A stretch of 64,000 nt of DNA from Amoebophrya sp. A120 (GCA_905178155.1 CAJINV010000012.1:864004-928003); one strand, 5' to 3'; counted from the first letter of the stretch, positions 12,501 to 24,149 are shown. Translations and numbers: made by a program. The notes: a model not told the origin generated them from the sequence alone.

Positions 12501-15500
12501 CACGGCTACCAACCTCGCGTTATTCCAGAATTTCGGAAGGCCGAAATTGATCAGAGCAATGTTGTCCACGTCCGGTTTCTTGCTCGGCGTTGTCACCGGG
12601 ATCGTGAAGTGGTTCGTGCCGAGAAAGCAGTTCAGACTGTCGGAGGCACAGGAGAGAAAATCGTTGACCACGTTATAACTTGCTCAAGCGTTACAATCTC
12701 AAGCGTTCCAATAGAATACGGAAATCTGTGATGCAAGAAGTGCGTGAGCTACCCTACGTACTCTCACAGGATTGCGCATGACATGTTCTTTCGGAGCCCC
12801 AAACCGTCCTAGAGTCTGCCGAAATTTGTATTGCAGAAAGTGGAACAGGAACGCTTTGCGATTTTGTCATGCTCAGCATGCAAGACACAATCCGGATTCT
12901 AACGTAACGCTTGAGATTGTAACGTTTGAGCGGGTTTTACACATTCTGCAAACCGAGGAAACCCGATCGCGCGTACGTGCCGTATGGCGTTCTCAAATGT
13001 TACATTCGCGCCTGTAGTTGCATGAATTTGTAATGCAAGAACGGCAAAAATGAATGGGGGAAGCTTGCGCCTTTTGCATTACAGATTTGGCACAGATTTA
13101 CATGCTGTTTAGCCCCTTCGGGGATTTGTCATGCGAAGCAGCTCAATGGTGGCGATCTTGGTGGCAAATTTGCATGACAAATCATTATCATGCAACAGTT
13201 GAGAATGTAACACTTGAGAACCCCATATCCCGAGGTAAAATTCCGACGCCCGCGGCGCGACTTTGTACTGTGGCGTGTAACCGAAATCCCGACCGTTGAT
13301 GTCTTATGCATTGCAAAAGTATCGCACTCGTACTAATCGCAGTCATGCAAGACAAATTTATTTTTCAAGCTAAATCAGCATGATAAATTTTATTTCTCAT
13401 GCTGAGCTAATTTGTACTATTGCAATACTACGAGCACGATGCTTTTGCAATTGATATGTCCGACTCGTTGGTTCGGATGTCGAATTGCAGCTGGGATTGG
13501 AGCCGTGCCTGCGCCAGGTTGATCGGCGCCGTACCGTCCCCGTCTTCCCCGTCGATGAAGGAAACAGCAGCGCAGAGCATCTCGGAAACCTGTTTGGAGA
13601 CTTGGGTGCCGGAGGAGGCATCTAAGACTGTGATGACCTGGGAGTATATGAGAGTGCGCAACTTCCCCTGCCCCTCATTTGTATTGCATGATCAGCAATA
13701 CAAACACTAGCACACGTGGTGGAGCCCGTGGCTGTGCATGAGAAATTCACCTACCTATTGTAGTACTGTTTGGGCTTCCGGAAAAATCTGTCATGCAAAC
13801 AGTGCCACAGGGAAGCCCTTGGATTTGGGGTTTTGCATCACAAATGAGGGAGGAGGAGGAGTTGCGCACTCTCATAGGGTACTCGGAATGGTTGATCAAA
13901 TCCTTCATGGCGTCTTCGTCCCGAAAGACCCGCACGTACGGCTTCAGCAACGGTAAAGCCGTCCCCATCCGGAGCCACAGAGACGTGCGACTGCAGGGGA
14001 AAACGGTCCCGTCCGAGGTGGTCTGCGTGTCGCACTCGAAACAACTGGTCTCCACCGCGACTTCCCCCTTCGCGCCACCGCGACTGTTCACCGCCTCGCG
14101 ACAGGACCCTTCTCCGTCTCGGTCGGTCGACTGCGAAAACCAGCCGCAGTCCGGCCGCAACTTCGCGCAGTCGCAGGCGGAATTCGCGCTGTCGCAGTTG
14201 ATCGCAAGACGCCGGAGCTGGTTGCTGGATTTCCGTACGGGTTTGTTGTTTTTCAGAAACCGCTCGGCGAAGAAAAGTTTTTCAAACGTCGCGGGGGAAA
14301 AGGGGTTCGCCTGCCGCAGCTGACGATGGACCCGTTCGGAGCGGGACAGGTCGGGTCGGAAGGAAGAGGAGGGAGAAGGTGATGTTGTTGTAACAGCCTT
14401 ATTTATGCCTGGTGTAGTACTCCGGATGTCTCTATCCTCTTGTGCGCCGTGGTGGTAGACAAGATTGTTCTGACTCGTCTTTTGTTGCACACTTGTCGTT
14501 CTCATCTCCTCGTGCTGCAGCCACCGCTTCTGGTACACGTCCCTCACGTGATCTAATAGTTGCAATCCGGTCTGGAAGGACGGTTTTTGCCTGCGTTTGT
14601 TGTCCTTTGCAGCTCGCCTCGCAGCTGTCGCGAATAAACTAGACGCAGTGCTGCCACTTGATTTCGGCGACATCTGCAAGGTGCCGGAGGGTCCAAACGC
14701 TCCTTCGTCAGTATGATCTTCCAGATCCTCGTGGTCCACTGCAATGTCCAAGCCACTGCTTGATGTTTGTTCACGACCGCCGCTATTGGATGAAATACTG
14801 CTGCTCGACATCGCACTGCTGTCGTCGAACATCATCCTTCCAGCGGAAAAATCTCCTACACTCTCTTCTTCGCCCTGCGCTAACCTTCTCCCACTGTTCA
14901 TGGCCGCGACCCGGACCGCGTTCTGCACCACAATCGCGTTCAGCTGGGCTGCAAAGGACTCCGCGACCGAGGCCGGGGGCACTGGCGCGACGTAGTTTGC
15001 GTCCGTAAAGTCCAAGGCGCTGTTCGCGTGCGTCCAGTAGGACACTTGGGTTTTGTTTTTCATGGTCACCCCGTTCGACACGTAGTCCGGTCCGATGGTA
15101 ACATTCGCCGTGTTCGGCAGGACTGTTCTTCCCGGCAAGCTCGCGCCGTCCTGACAGAGGTTCAAACACGCCACGGGGTCGTTCTCCAGGCAGAAGCTGC
15201 TGGCCGTGGTGGGCGCGACCGCGCCGACGACCGCGGTGATGCCCGTTGGGAAGGCACTTGGTAAGCCGAAATTCGCGGTTAAATTCGCGAAAATCGTGTT
15301 GAAGCAGGAATCTTGCATCAAGTTGTACAGCGCGATGGTTAAATACATTTTGTCATCATACCGCTTGTACAAGTAGTTCGCAAACCGCCCCCCGAGCGTC
15401 ATCGCGTCGTCCTGCACACCGGGGGACACGCCGAACGTCTGCACTCTTGGTGCCCACGCCGGTTGCTGCCGGGACTGCAGAATCATCTCCCGCCAGAAGG

Positions 15501-17228
15501 TATCAAATGTAAAAGTGCCTGGGTCTGGCAGATTGCCAGGGTTGTCATGCACATTCTGCATGACTCCTGATGTCTGTGATGCATGCCCTAGCATCACAGA
15601 TTTTGTGAGGGCTTCCTGATGCCTATACCGCATGACAAATGCTCTTTCCGTGTAGCGAAACTTGGACTCTCTTTCCTGCTCATGCAATACAGATTTTTTT
15701 AGAATCCAAAATCAGCATGACAATTTGGATTCTTCCAGACCCAGACATTTTTACAGTTGATAGAAGGGCACGATGTCCGACATGGCGTCAATAAAACAGT
15801 CTATGCATTGCAAAAGTATCGTACTAGTATAAATTGCATATACAAATTTTTGCAAGAAGGAAAGTGGAATTTGTAATGCTGTTTTGCCTTAGGCAAAACA
15901 TTTGTCATGCATATTTGCAATTAGTACGAGTACGATACTTTTGCACAGGATACAGTCGAACTTTGTGTCGTAGTTTTCCGGCAGCGGGTATGCAATACAA
16001 ATTTCCCGTCAGATGTACAAGATGCATCACAAATTGCGCCAATTTGAAGTGTAACACTTCTTGTCATGCTAAACTAGTATCCCAGTCAAGTTTCGTCATG
16101 CAGGCACCGCATCTGTACGTCGTGTATGGGAAATAGAAATTTACTGTGGATAGCGGGACCTGCTGTTCGTCGCGCCAGCTCGCGATATCAAATGTAAAAA
16201 TGTCTGGGTCTGGAAGAACGCAGCTTGTGATGCTGCATTTGGATTCCAGAAGAATCTGTATTGCATGAGTACCAAAAGGAGTGCAATTTTTGCTACTCCG
16301 AGAGGGCATTTGTCATGCGGAATAGGCATCAAGAAGCTCTCAAAAAATCTGTGATGCTAGGGCATGCATTACAGACATCAGGGCTCATGCAAAACGTGCA
16401 TGACAAGTGTCAGAATCTTCTAGACCCAGACATTTTTACAGTTGATACGCGAAAGACTCCACGTATTCGCTGCTACCCAGCTCCTATCCTGAGAAAAAAC
16501 TTTCTCAGTCCCAAACCTTTGCAGATGACTCAGCAACACAAATTTGCTTAGCATGACACGGAAAACCTGTGATGCGTCAGACTCAGACACAAGAAATGAA
16601 CACACATAGAGATAAAGGCGACTTTCTTGCACGTCGAGCATGACAAAAAACTGTCTCAAGGAAATTGCGCATCACAAGTTGAGACTGAGACCGTTTTTTC
16701 TCACGATAACTCTCCGCACTGAGCCGGGAACGGGTCGAACGCGTAGTTTTGTTGGATTTGCTATGCAATACAAATTTTCCGTACATGTACAAGATGCATC
16801 ACAAATTTCACCAGTGTGAAGCGTAAAACTTGTCATGCTAGAGTAGAATCGAAGCCAATTTTTGTCATGCAGAGACCGCATGTTTACGTGTACCGGAAAT
16901 TTACTGTGGATATTTGCCGGGTTTTCACGTTCACGGTCTGGTACGGTTGTTCGAAGATCCGCTCATCGATGAAAAGAATGAAGAAGGTCGAGAAAAATAG
17001 CATGAAAGCCGGGCAGATCAACGCTCCCGTGATGGTGCAACAGGAACGCGAGGAGAGGAGGAAGTCCTTGATAAGCAAAGTCTTGATTTGGTCCAGGTAG
17101 AGAGAAAAATTGGAGGTTTTAGAGTTGTTGTAGTCAGGTTGTAGGGGTTGCTGCTGGGGGGCGGGCAGCGACTGCTGCTGCTGCGACATTGCAGCCGCGG
17201 GCGGCGCCGGGGGCTCTGTTGAAGCCAT
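551..17228 (-). CDS. ABC transporter, subfamily A (full TMD-NBD-TMD-NBD); about 33 TIR introners plus 2 GT-AG introns
   Basis: NBD1: [37 protein letters not shown]2: [50 protein letters not shown]-type LEEVFL and SLEQIF motifs. Start MASTEPP at 17228, stop at 551. Canonical introns 1089-1261 and 9949-10168. Confidence 0.93.
1334..1586. mobile_element. TIR introner, family A
   Basis: TIR TATCAA.TG.AAAAATGTCTGGGTCTGGAA; DR TGTCC; removal gives KPQDKIRN. Confidence 0.92.
1886..2042. mobile_element. TIR introner, family B
   Basis: TATGCAATACAAATTTCCCGTACA...AAATTTACTGTGGATA; DR TCGAT; removal gives CFGSIPEIK. Confidence 0.92.
2315..2537. mobile_element. TIR introner, family C
   Basis: TATGAGAGTGCACAACTCCC arms; DR TTTTG/GTTTG. 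Confidence 0.88.
2598..2866. mobile_element. TIR introner, family A
   Basis: DR CTGGA. Confidence 0.9.
2918..3137. mobile_element. TIR introner, family D
   Basis: AAAGTGTTACAGTTACAC arms; DR AGTTG/AGGTG. Confidence 0.88.
3301..3548. mobile_element. TIR introner, family E
   Basis: TATGGC.TTCTCAA arms; DR GCCGA/CCGGA. Confidence 0.88.
4135..4295. mobile_element. TIR introner, family F
   Basis: TGCAAAAGTATCG.ACTCGT arms; DR AGAAC. Confidence 0.9.
4409..4624. mobile_element. TIR introner, family D
   Basis: DR ACGGG. Confidence 0.9.
4790..5068. mobile_element. TIR introner, family G
   Basis: GTAAAAACGTCCCCACCCCATAGT arms; DR AAACA. Confidence 0.9.
5116..5267. mobile_element. TIR introner, family F
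   Basis: DR CGGCG/CGACG. Confidence 0.88.
5404..6488. mobile_element. TIR introner, family F, with nested insertion
   Basis: DR TCCCG. Confidence 0.85.
5435..6364. mobile_element. GC-rich insertion nested in an introner (possibly Helitron-like)
   Basis: Interrupts family F element 5404-6488; terminal hairpin GCTCCGGC-TACC-GCCGGAGC; tandem GGCGCGAGAGGGT 13-mers at about 5739-5856 with related reverse-orientation copies at about 6100-6340. Confidence 0.6.
6573..6826. mobile_element. TIR introner, family A
   Basis: DR GACAA. Confidence 0.9.
6913..7161. mobile_element. TIR introner, family A
   Basis: DR TGTGG. Confidence 0.9.
7370..7594. mobile_element. TIR introner, family A (diverged)
   Basis: DR GCCAG/GCCAA. 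Confidence 0.85.
7655..7906. mobile_element. TIR introner, family A
   Basis: DR CTGCG. Confidence 0.9.
8352..8658. mobile_element. TIR introner, family H
   Basis: GAAAT.G.CAAAGTTGAAA arms; DR GCCGA/GCCTC; removal gives WPRLKLT. Confidence 0.85.
9143..9395. mobile_element. TIR introner, family A (atypical left end)
   Basis: DR GTCGT extended to 17 bp. Confidence 0.85.
9484..9727. mobile_element. TIR introner, family E
   Basis: DR CGGCT. Confidence 0.9.
11117..11276. mobile_element. TIR introner, family F
   Basis: DR AGTCC. Confidence 0.9.
11370..11630. mobile_element. TIR introner, family A
   Basis: DR ATCCG. Confidence 0.88.
11949..12061. mobile_element. TIR introner, family F (short)
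   Basis: DR TGATT. Confidence 0.9.
12113..12266. mobile_element. TIR introner, family F
   Basis: DR TCTTC; ends TAC...CTA. Confidence 0.88.
12326..12479. mobile_element. TIR introner, family B
   Basis: DR CATGT. Confidence 0.9.
12674..12939. mobile_element. TIR introner, family I
   Basis: GCTCAA.CGTTACAATCTCAAGCGTT arms; DR CACGT/CACAT. Confidence 0.87.
12983..13227. mobile_element. TIR introner, family E
   Basis: DR TGCCG/TCCCG; orientation opposite to 3301 and 9484. Confidence 0.88.
13305..13456. mobile_element. TIR introner, family F
   Basis: DR TGTCT/TGTCC. Confidence 0.88.
13647..13876. mobile_element. TIR introner, family C
   Basis: DR GAGTA/GGGTA. Confidence 0.88.
15501..15762. 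mobile_element. TIR introner, family A
   Basis: DR GAAGG. Confidence 0.9.
15802..15952. mobile_element. TIR introner, family F
   Basis: DR CAGTC. Confidence 0.9.
15989..16152. mobile_element. TIR introner, family B
   Basis: DR GCGGG. Confidence 0.9.
16186..16447. mobile_element. TIR introner, family A
   Basis: DR CGCGA; orientation opposite to 15501. Confidence 0.9.
16485..16708. mobile_element. TIR introner, family J
   Basis: TGAGAAAAAAC..TCTCAGTC arms; DR GCTCC/ACTCT. Confidence 0.83.
16762..16912. mobile_element. TIR introner, family B
   Basis: DR TTTGC. Confidence 0.9.
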
Positions 17229-18195
17229 CTTACTTGATCTGGCGATGTCGGATAGTTTTTACTTTTAGAGTTTGTGAAGGTAACGAGGACAGACTACAAA
17301 CGTGTAAAGAACAATCTGCTCCGCTCACCGATAGGACAAAGATTTCGCAATGCGTAGTATTTCAAAGTAGGTTTCAGGTCGTACAGGAGTAGTTGTAAGA
17401 GTAAGGGAAACTGACACTGAATCAGGAGCACTTAAGGCAATCTAATAGATACTTCTCACCCAAAGAGCGCACCCCCCGTGCTCGCTCTGTAGCTGCTGTC
17501 GCCTCGCACAAAAAGTGGGAGTTGGTAAAGAGAAAGACTCAGAAGCAGCAACACTCAGACACAGACTCGTCACTCTCTCGTGAAATAATTGCTTCGCTCT
17601 ACAAGTTGTGCCCTCTGCTGAGAGTGGTGCTCCCTCGTCCAGGGCCTACTCGCCTTCCTTATCTTCATGAACACGACTTGGTGCGCTTCTCGTCATCCTT
17701 CACACAGACTAATAGTACTTGGGGAACTGCGTGCGTTTTAATGATGTGGCGCTTTATGAACACGTCCTGCGTTTGAACAAACTGAAAATAAATCATGTCA
17801 GCAGGAGAATGAAAATCATGATGGGGCAGGGAATTCGAAGAAGGGAGTGCATGATGGGGAAAAGGCAAAGTTTTGGTGTTGGTCTCATGAAGATCCAGCA
17901 ATGAAGAATAGCCGCTGGTCTTTTATCACGAGAGGACCTACTCGGGTAGAGAATTTGTCTGTGCAAAAACAAAAAATTGATTGAAATATGTGTGCGTACA
18001 ACAGGCTGGAATAAGAAATCAATCTCGATCTAGAACTAGCTTCAAGTAGTTCAGGGTAGAATAAAGGACTACTACAAGAAAACTCTAACGCACTGTAGCT
18101 GCTCTAAAGATGGAAAAGCGTTTTATCGTTTTCATCCCAAAAATCGCTTCAGAATAAATGAATCGTTCGACGAAAGCAACGAGCTGTCCTCCTTG

Positions 18196-21100
18196 CTAAG
18201 ATAAGTCAAGCGACTCCGGGTGGACACCTTGCTCGGCGGCGTTGTAATTTTTACTCTGCTCCGCTGCCGTCATCCCGGAAGTAGACGATGAAAACCCGCC
18301 TGTTAAAAACGCGGAAATTTTTGCCGTGAAGCTGCTTCGTTGTTCCTCCTCTTGTGGAGAAACGCCAGCGCCCGCTTCTTGTTCACCCTCGTTCGTCGCC
18401 TTGTTATTTCGCCCGCCCAGGTGGGTGGTGTCCGCCTCTACTTCTTTCTCACTGTCGTCCAGAACGACCGGCACTACAGAGGGGGCTCTTGCTGTCGCTG
18501 CACTCCGTCTACTCTGTTTCCGTTTCACCGAAGAAGCGGCGAACTCCTCAGGTGTCATCCATTGTTTTTTGCTGTTCTTTTTCTTTGTTCCATTATCGTC
18601 GCTATCTGTAGTAAATCCACCCCGCGCGGCCGCCTTCGTCCTCTTCTTCTTAGTACCTCGTTCGTCCGTCGTAGTACCAGCAACTGCCTCGTTGCTGTCC
18701 CCCGCGGCTCTCTTGCCCGAAGTAGAAGATTCTTCGTGGCAGCTGCAGAGGAACCAGCCTAAACAAGCGGAAACTACAAGAACGCCGATAACAATAGTTA
18801 AAACCACCCCTACCATGGCCCAGCAGGGGTGCAGATAGCCACTGAAACACGGGATCAGGTACTTCTTCGAGTCGTCAAAAGTGCTCGCGCTCGTCGTGAT
18901 GGTCGGCAGGACTGGTCGTGACACGGTTTTGTTTTCAAAAGTGATGTCGTGTTGTCGCTGCTGTTCATTTGAAGTGCCTGGTAAGTTTTCAACAGCACCA
19001 CGACCAGGTACATCTTCGTTTCCAACTCCTGCGCCGACTCCAGGGGCCGGTCCTGGTTCTTGTGTCTTCGCGTCATAATTTTTGCCGTCTGTAGTGGAGG
19101 CAGTACTAGTCAAGTCGTTGTCTTCTGTCGTTCCAGGAGAGTTTGTAGATGAAGATGGTGTCGACGTCGTGGTCTCATCAACTACAACTCCAGGAGATGA
19201 ACCGCTGTCAACTACTTCCACCAGCATGCTTCTCTCCAAAAATCTTGCAAACCCCGGCTCCATCCAGTCGTTATTCTTCGACGGCAGGTCCTCTTTCACA
19301 ACGCTATCAGGTAGCGGCATTCGCAACAGCGCTTTTTCAGGAGAAGTGCCCTTCTCTGTATGCGCCTGCTCCTTGATGATCCTGGCCAGAGACCAGCACC
19401 AAAAACTGCCGTCCCACAGCGGATCCCCACCCTCCTTCCAATAGGGGTTCGATTTCGATTCAGAGAGGCAGTACCGGGGCTGATAATTGGGAGCGGTGGA
19501 AGCAGCAGCTGTAGTACTTGTTTCGCTGCAGTCTTTATCAAGTGCAAAAGTGTCGGGGTCTGGAAGATTCCGAGATTTGTCATGAATATTTCTCATGACC
19601 CATGATGCCTGTAATGCATGACCTAGCATCACAGACTTTTAAAGGGCTTTCTGATGCGCCTTTCGCATGAGAAATGCCGTGTCCGCGTAGCACAAACTAG
19701 ACCCCTTTTGCTGGTCATGCAATACAAATTTTCCTAGAATCCAAAAACAGCATGACAAGTTGCAATCTTCCAGACCCAGACATTTTTGCAACCCATAGTC
19801 TTCGAAAACGTGGGTTTCGTCCCGGGCCATGCGGCCGTTCCAGTAGAAATGGGCGCGGAACTTGTTTTCTTCGTAGACTGTCATGTACTTATCCCAAAGA
19901 TCTCTGATCCAGTCGAGCTTCTTTTCCCTAGACCACCTATGCAAGAAAAAAACTGTGTATGTAAGTGTAAATTCGTGTTGCAGAAGATGCAACAGAATTA
20001 CAGCTGTCATGCCAGACAGCCATGAAGTCCTCTTTTCATGTGTGTTTTCCCTTACTCTTACAAACCATGCATGACAGGTTTTCTCTGTCATGTAGAGCAA
20101 ATTTGTGATGCTGTTCCTCAAAGAAAGTTACACTTACACAGTTTTTTTCCTGGATACCACCCCGCCTTTCCGCACTGCCAGGCAGTTTTTATCAAACGGA
20201 AAAATCCCCCTTCCCCATATCGAAATGGAAATCTGTGATGCAAGATTTGAGGTACCAAATCGACTTGTCATGCTAGAAGGCCAAGAGCCGCAGTCGTGGT
20301 CTCGTTTGCAGGCAATTTGTGATGCTGTTTCCCACTCTCAGCCGCCTCCTATCATGCTGAAGATGCAAGGCTCTCCCACGCCACCCAGCACTACAGTCCG
20401 CATCTTTTCCCGTGTAGCATGACAAAGCTGATTTGTGACAACAAATCTGCATCACAGATTTCCGTTTTGATATGGGGCGGGGGAATTTTTCCTCTCAATA
20501 GTTTTGATCCTGTCATCAACCGCCCAAGCGCCGGCGGTGCTCCACTCCCCGGAAATGCTGTTTCCGAGTTCCCAGGTTCTCGACAATTTGTCGGTGACGA
20601 AGTTTTCCGGATCTGGGATAACCATCCAATTGACATAATTGTGGAAGTCGAAAATGGCAGATCCGGATCCCGCCTCGGACAGATGTTGCCCATTGTCATT
20701 GTGCGAAAAATCTTCTTCAATCGCGGGGGCCCTCTGCGTCGGGAAGCCGTCGTGCCATTCTCGAAGCGGCTCTGCGAAGTTTCCATTTTTGTACAGGTAA
20801 TCCACGTTTTTCTTCCATGAACTGTCATGATCCTGCAGCACAAGCAACACCAGCTCGACGTCTGGGCTCAGATTCACCTCTGCCGCTTTTTTCCGGACCA
20901 TCGGGTAGTAGTGGTGTATCCACAGTAAATATTTTCCTGTACATGTAGATGTACAAATAATGGGGTTTCTGCATGAAAAATGTTTTGTTTCATAATTTCC
21001 ATTCAGCATGACATTGACAAGTGGCATGCTACAAGTTGGTGACATTATTTGTGATGCATTTCCGTTTCGTACATGTACAGAAAAGTTGTCAATTGCATAT

Positions 21101-23630
21101 GGTGCAACAGAAATTCATCGACTTTTTCGTCCGGGTGTTGGTAGTCTTGACTTTGCGGTTCGTTTAACGCTTCATACATGACAATCAAACCGGGGTATTG
21201 CTCGTTCACTTTGTTGATCCATTTGAAATATCAAAGGCAAATAGAAGTATGTCTAGGTCGTCAACTGGAAGAGTGCAAAGTTTGCCGTGGTGCATCTCCT
21301 AGAATACAAAGTAGTTGGTCTGTATCTGTAATGCGCCCACAAGCATCACAGATTGATTGCACAGGAGCGCCTTTAATCATGCCTATCCCGTTTGAGAAAG
21401 TCAGCCTCTGTGTGGTTTGCCGTCCATGCAACACAGATTTTTGTCCTGTACTACTCCAGACTTGTAAATAGCATCACAGGTTGCAAATGCAATAGCAATA
21501 TTCCAGACCCACTCAGACACATTTCCAATGCATATGAACGCTCGCTCCGTGATTTTTTCCATGTAGGTCAGCCACGAGCCGTAGGGTATCTTCGGAGGTT
21601 GTTGTCCGTATAATGCGTTTTCCTTTTCGAACGGGTTGCAATCCGTGTATCAAATGCAAAAGTGTCTGGGGGTCTGGAAATGTCATGCACATTTTGCATG
21701 ACTCCTGATGTCTGCGATGTATGCCCTAGCATCACAGGTCTTGTGAGGGCTTTCTGATGCCTATACCGCAAGAGAAATGCCCTCTCGCCGTGGCCAAAAC
21801 CAGACCTCTTTTATTGTTCATGCAATACAGATTTTTGGATAATGCAGACGCAGCATCACAAGTTGCATTCTTCCAGACGACCCAGACGTTTTTGCATTTG
21901 ATACCGTGTAGAAGCACGCATTTCTTCCATCATCCGTCTTGGCCGTCTTGTAGCCCGTATCCTGTGCAAAAGTATCGTTCTCGTACTAATTGCGTTTATG
22001 CATTACAAACCTTTTCATCAAGGCAAATCCGCATTACAAATAATTCAATTTGTAATGCTAAGTGAATTTGTAATGCAATTCATACTAGTACGATACTTTT
22101 GCAATGCATACCCCGCGAACCCCTGGTCTTCGATGCCCACGCCCGCAATCGCGTGCATGTCGATAAAAACACGCATGCAGCGCTCGTAGAAGTAGGGCAG
22201 CAGGCTTTCCAAAACCGCTAGACTGGAACCCACCGCGAACCCCTCCTGGTTCCACCAGATGGGTGGTGGGAGCCGCGGGGAATTCATTTCTTGGTGCGTC
22301 GTACTGTTGTTTCCATTCTCATCAACAGCGGCAGCTGTAGCCGACGGTATGTCATACCCCTTATTCCAGGTTGGATGCGCTTCCTCATCGTTCCACTCGC
22401 TGAAAAGCCAGTAACCGATCGGGATTCTCAACACGTTCACCCCAATCGAGTGCAAGTCGTCTAGTAATTCTTCCGGCACGAAGTTTGCCCAGTGTGCGTG
22501 TAGCAGCGACAAAGCGTGTTGGCGCGCTTCGTGCTCCAGGTCTTCATCATGCTGTGGTAAAAGTGCTCCTGGATTCTCATTCTTCCCTTTTTGCAGTTTC
22601 GTTTCAAAATAAGGGATAAAGCGCTCGTGAATGATCTGCCACTCGGCCATTCCCCAGCAGTCCGTGTCCGTGTTGGCTCGGCCGACTATGGCGCTCTCAA
22701 GCGTTACATTCTCAACTGTTACATGAATCCGTCATGCAAAAACACCATCATCATCCTCACGATCAAGCTGCAGCTCCGCATTAGAAATTTGCGAGGGGCT
22801 TCTAAACCGCGCCTAGATCTGCGCGGAATTGGTAATGCTACAGGTGCAACCTTCCCCCTTTCACTTTTCCCATTCTTGCATCACAAGTTCATGTAACAGT
22901 TGAGAATGTAACGTTTGAGAACACCATACCGAAAGTGTCGTCATTGCCGCTGTCGTACACCCACCCACTGAACATCCAGCCCTCCATATCCAGGAAAAAA
23001 ACTGAGTAAGTGTAAATTTGTGTTGCAGAAAATGCAAAACTGTTACACTTGTCATGCTGGACATGCATCAGAGGCAATTTTCGTTCGTGTTTTCACGTAC
23101 TAGCGACGCATGACAGGTTTTCTGTGTCATGCAGAGCAAACTTGTGATGCTATTCCTCCAAAAAACTTACACTTACACAGTTTTTTTCCTGGATACTCCA
23201 GTACCAGCCAGGACCCCAGGTTCGCGCCAAGCGGGCCCCAGGGCCCGCATTGGGAAGGATCGGCCATGTTGGTCATAGTCGACGAGTGTGATTCTGATTG
23301 TGCTAGTTGTGCTCGTTGTTGCTCAACAAAAGCAAATCTTCCAGACGGAGGTGCCGTGGGTAATATGGAATGGCTCTCTGTTGTCTGTCCACCTGCTGGG
23401 CGTGTTTTTTGTTTTTCATTTTCATCTCTTCTCGTAGAAATAATACCGGTCCTCCTGCTCGTCGCATGGAACGTTTTCTCGAGACGCAACGCAACAGCCG
23501 GACTGCTCGTCGACGTGGTGTGGAGGATGAAAACGGCAAAAAGATGAAAGCCGGGGGAAAATACTGCTCCTCGCCTCGACGAGCCTCGCCGTTTATCTTC
23601 GGCAGCTCGTTGGATTAGGAGTGGCGACAT
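18196..23630 (-). CDS. Glycoside hydrolase family 5 (exo-1,3-beta-glucanase/cellulase-like) with C-terminal TM helix; 9 introners
   Basis: Spliced motifs GANLGSWLVLEGWM, GVNVLRIPIGYW, VFIDMHA, YEALNEP (acid/base), DFHNY, SGEWS (nucleophile). TM segment WAMVGVVLTIVIGVLVVSACLGWFL. Confidence 0.88.
19536..19797. mobile_element. TIR introner, family A
   Basis: DR GTCTT. Confidence 0.9.
19938..20156. mobile_element. TIR introner, family K
   Basis: GAAAAAAACTGTGT..GTAAGTGTAA arms; DR CCACC. Confidence 0.9.
20190..20500. mobile_element. TIR introner, family L
   Basis: GGAAAAAT.CCCC..CCCCATATC arms; DR GTTTT. Confidence 0.9.
20917..21099. mobile_element. TIR introner, family B (reverse orientation)
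   Basis: Begins TATCCACAGTAAAT; DR TGGTG. Confidence 0.87.
21229..21534. mobile_element. TIR introner, family A (degenerate)
   Basis: DR TGAAA/TGAAC. Confidence 0.75.
21648..21903. mobile_element. TIR introner, family A
   Basis: DR CCGTG. Confidence 0.9.
21958..22110. mobile_element. TIR introner, family F
   Basis: DR GCCCG/CCCCG. Confidence 0.88.
22687..22928. mobile_element. TIR introner, family E
   Basis: DR CCGAC/CCGAA. Confidence 0.88.
22987..23195. mobile_element. TIR introner, family K
   Basis: DR CTCCA; removal gives WLVLEGWM. Confidence 0.92.
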
Positions 23631-23984
23631 GATTGATTCTCGTGGTGACTTGATCTTTTTTGCGCTTGCTGTACAAAAGAACTTCTTCTATGTGAGATCA
23701 CTCCTGAAGGTATCGTAATTTCTACTGAGGTGGGTGCGTTGTACTAGCGTTGTATCATCTTTGTCCTAGGGAACAAACGTCAGTCCACCTGTGATTGAAA
23801 GCAACAATTCGGTATACGATTTTGCGCTCTACAACTTCTTGTGTGCTCAGATGTTGATGAAAAACGCATCGTACATTTACACCAAGCTCGATTTTTTTGG
23901 TTGTGTAGGTACGATGAAGGTACTTAAAACAACGAAATCAAGGGGCACGACGAGCACGAAAGCAAGAAGAGCAAGATGCACGAC

Positions 23985-24026
23985 GAGCACGACTTCTACA
24001 GGACGAGGAGCATAAGGACGAAATTT
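23985..24026 (+). repeat. 42-bp junction motif, copy 1
   Basis: GAGCACGACTTCTACAGGACGAGGAGCATAAGGACGAAATTT. Confidence 0.9.
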
Positions 24027-24028
24027 TT

Positions 24029-24149
24029 GCACTCTTATAAATGCATTACAAATTTCCTCAGCGTGAGAAATTTGTAATGCGGATTTACCTTGAGAAAAAA
24101 ATTTGTAATGCATGACTGCAATACGAGCGCGATACTTTTGCACAGTATA
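24029..24149. mobile_element. Family F introner, left end truncated at the 42-bp motif
   Basis: Right TIR intact; left TIR begins mid-sequence (GCACTCTTATAAATGC). Confidence 0.75.

Noticed and set aside
23985-24026. 42-bp motif as a dinoflagellate spliced-leader relic or a sequencing adapter
   Set aside because: No match to the CCGTAGCCATTTTGGCTCAAG leader on either strand; copy 3 has three substitutions, which fits a genomic repeat better than an adapter.
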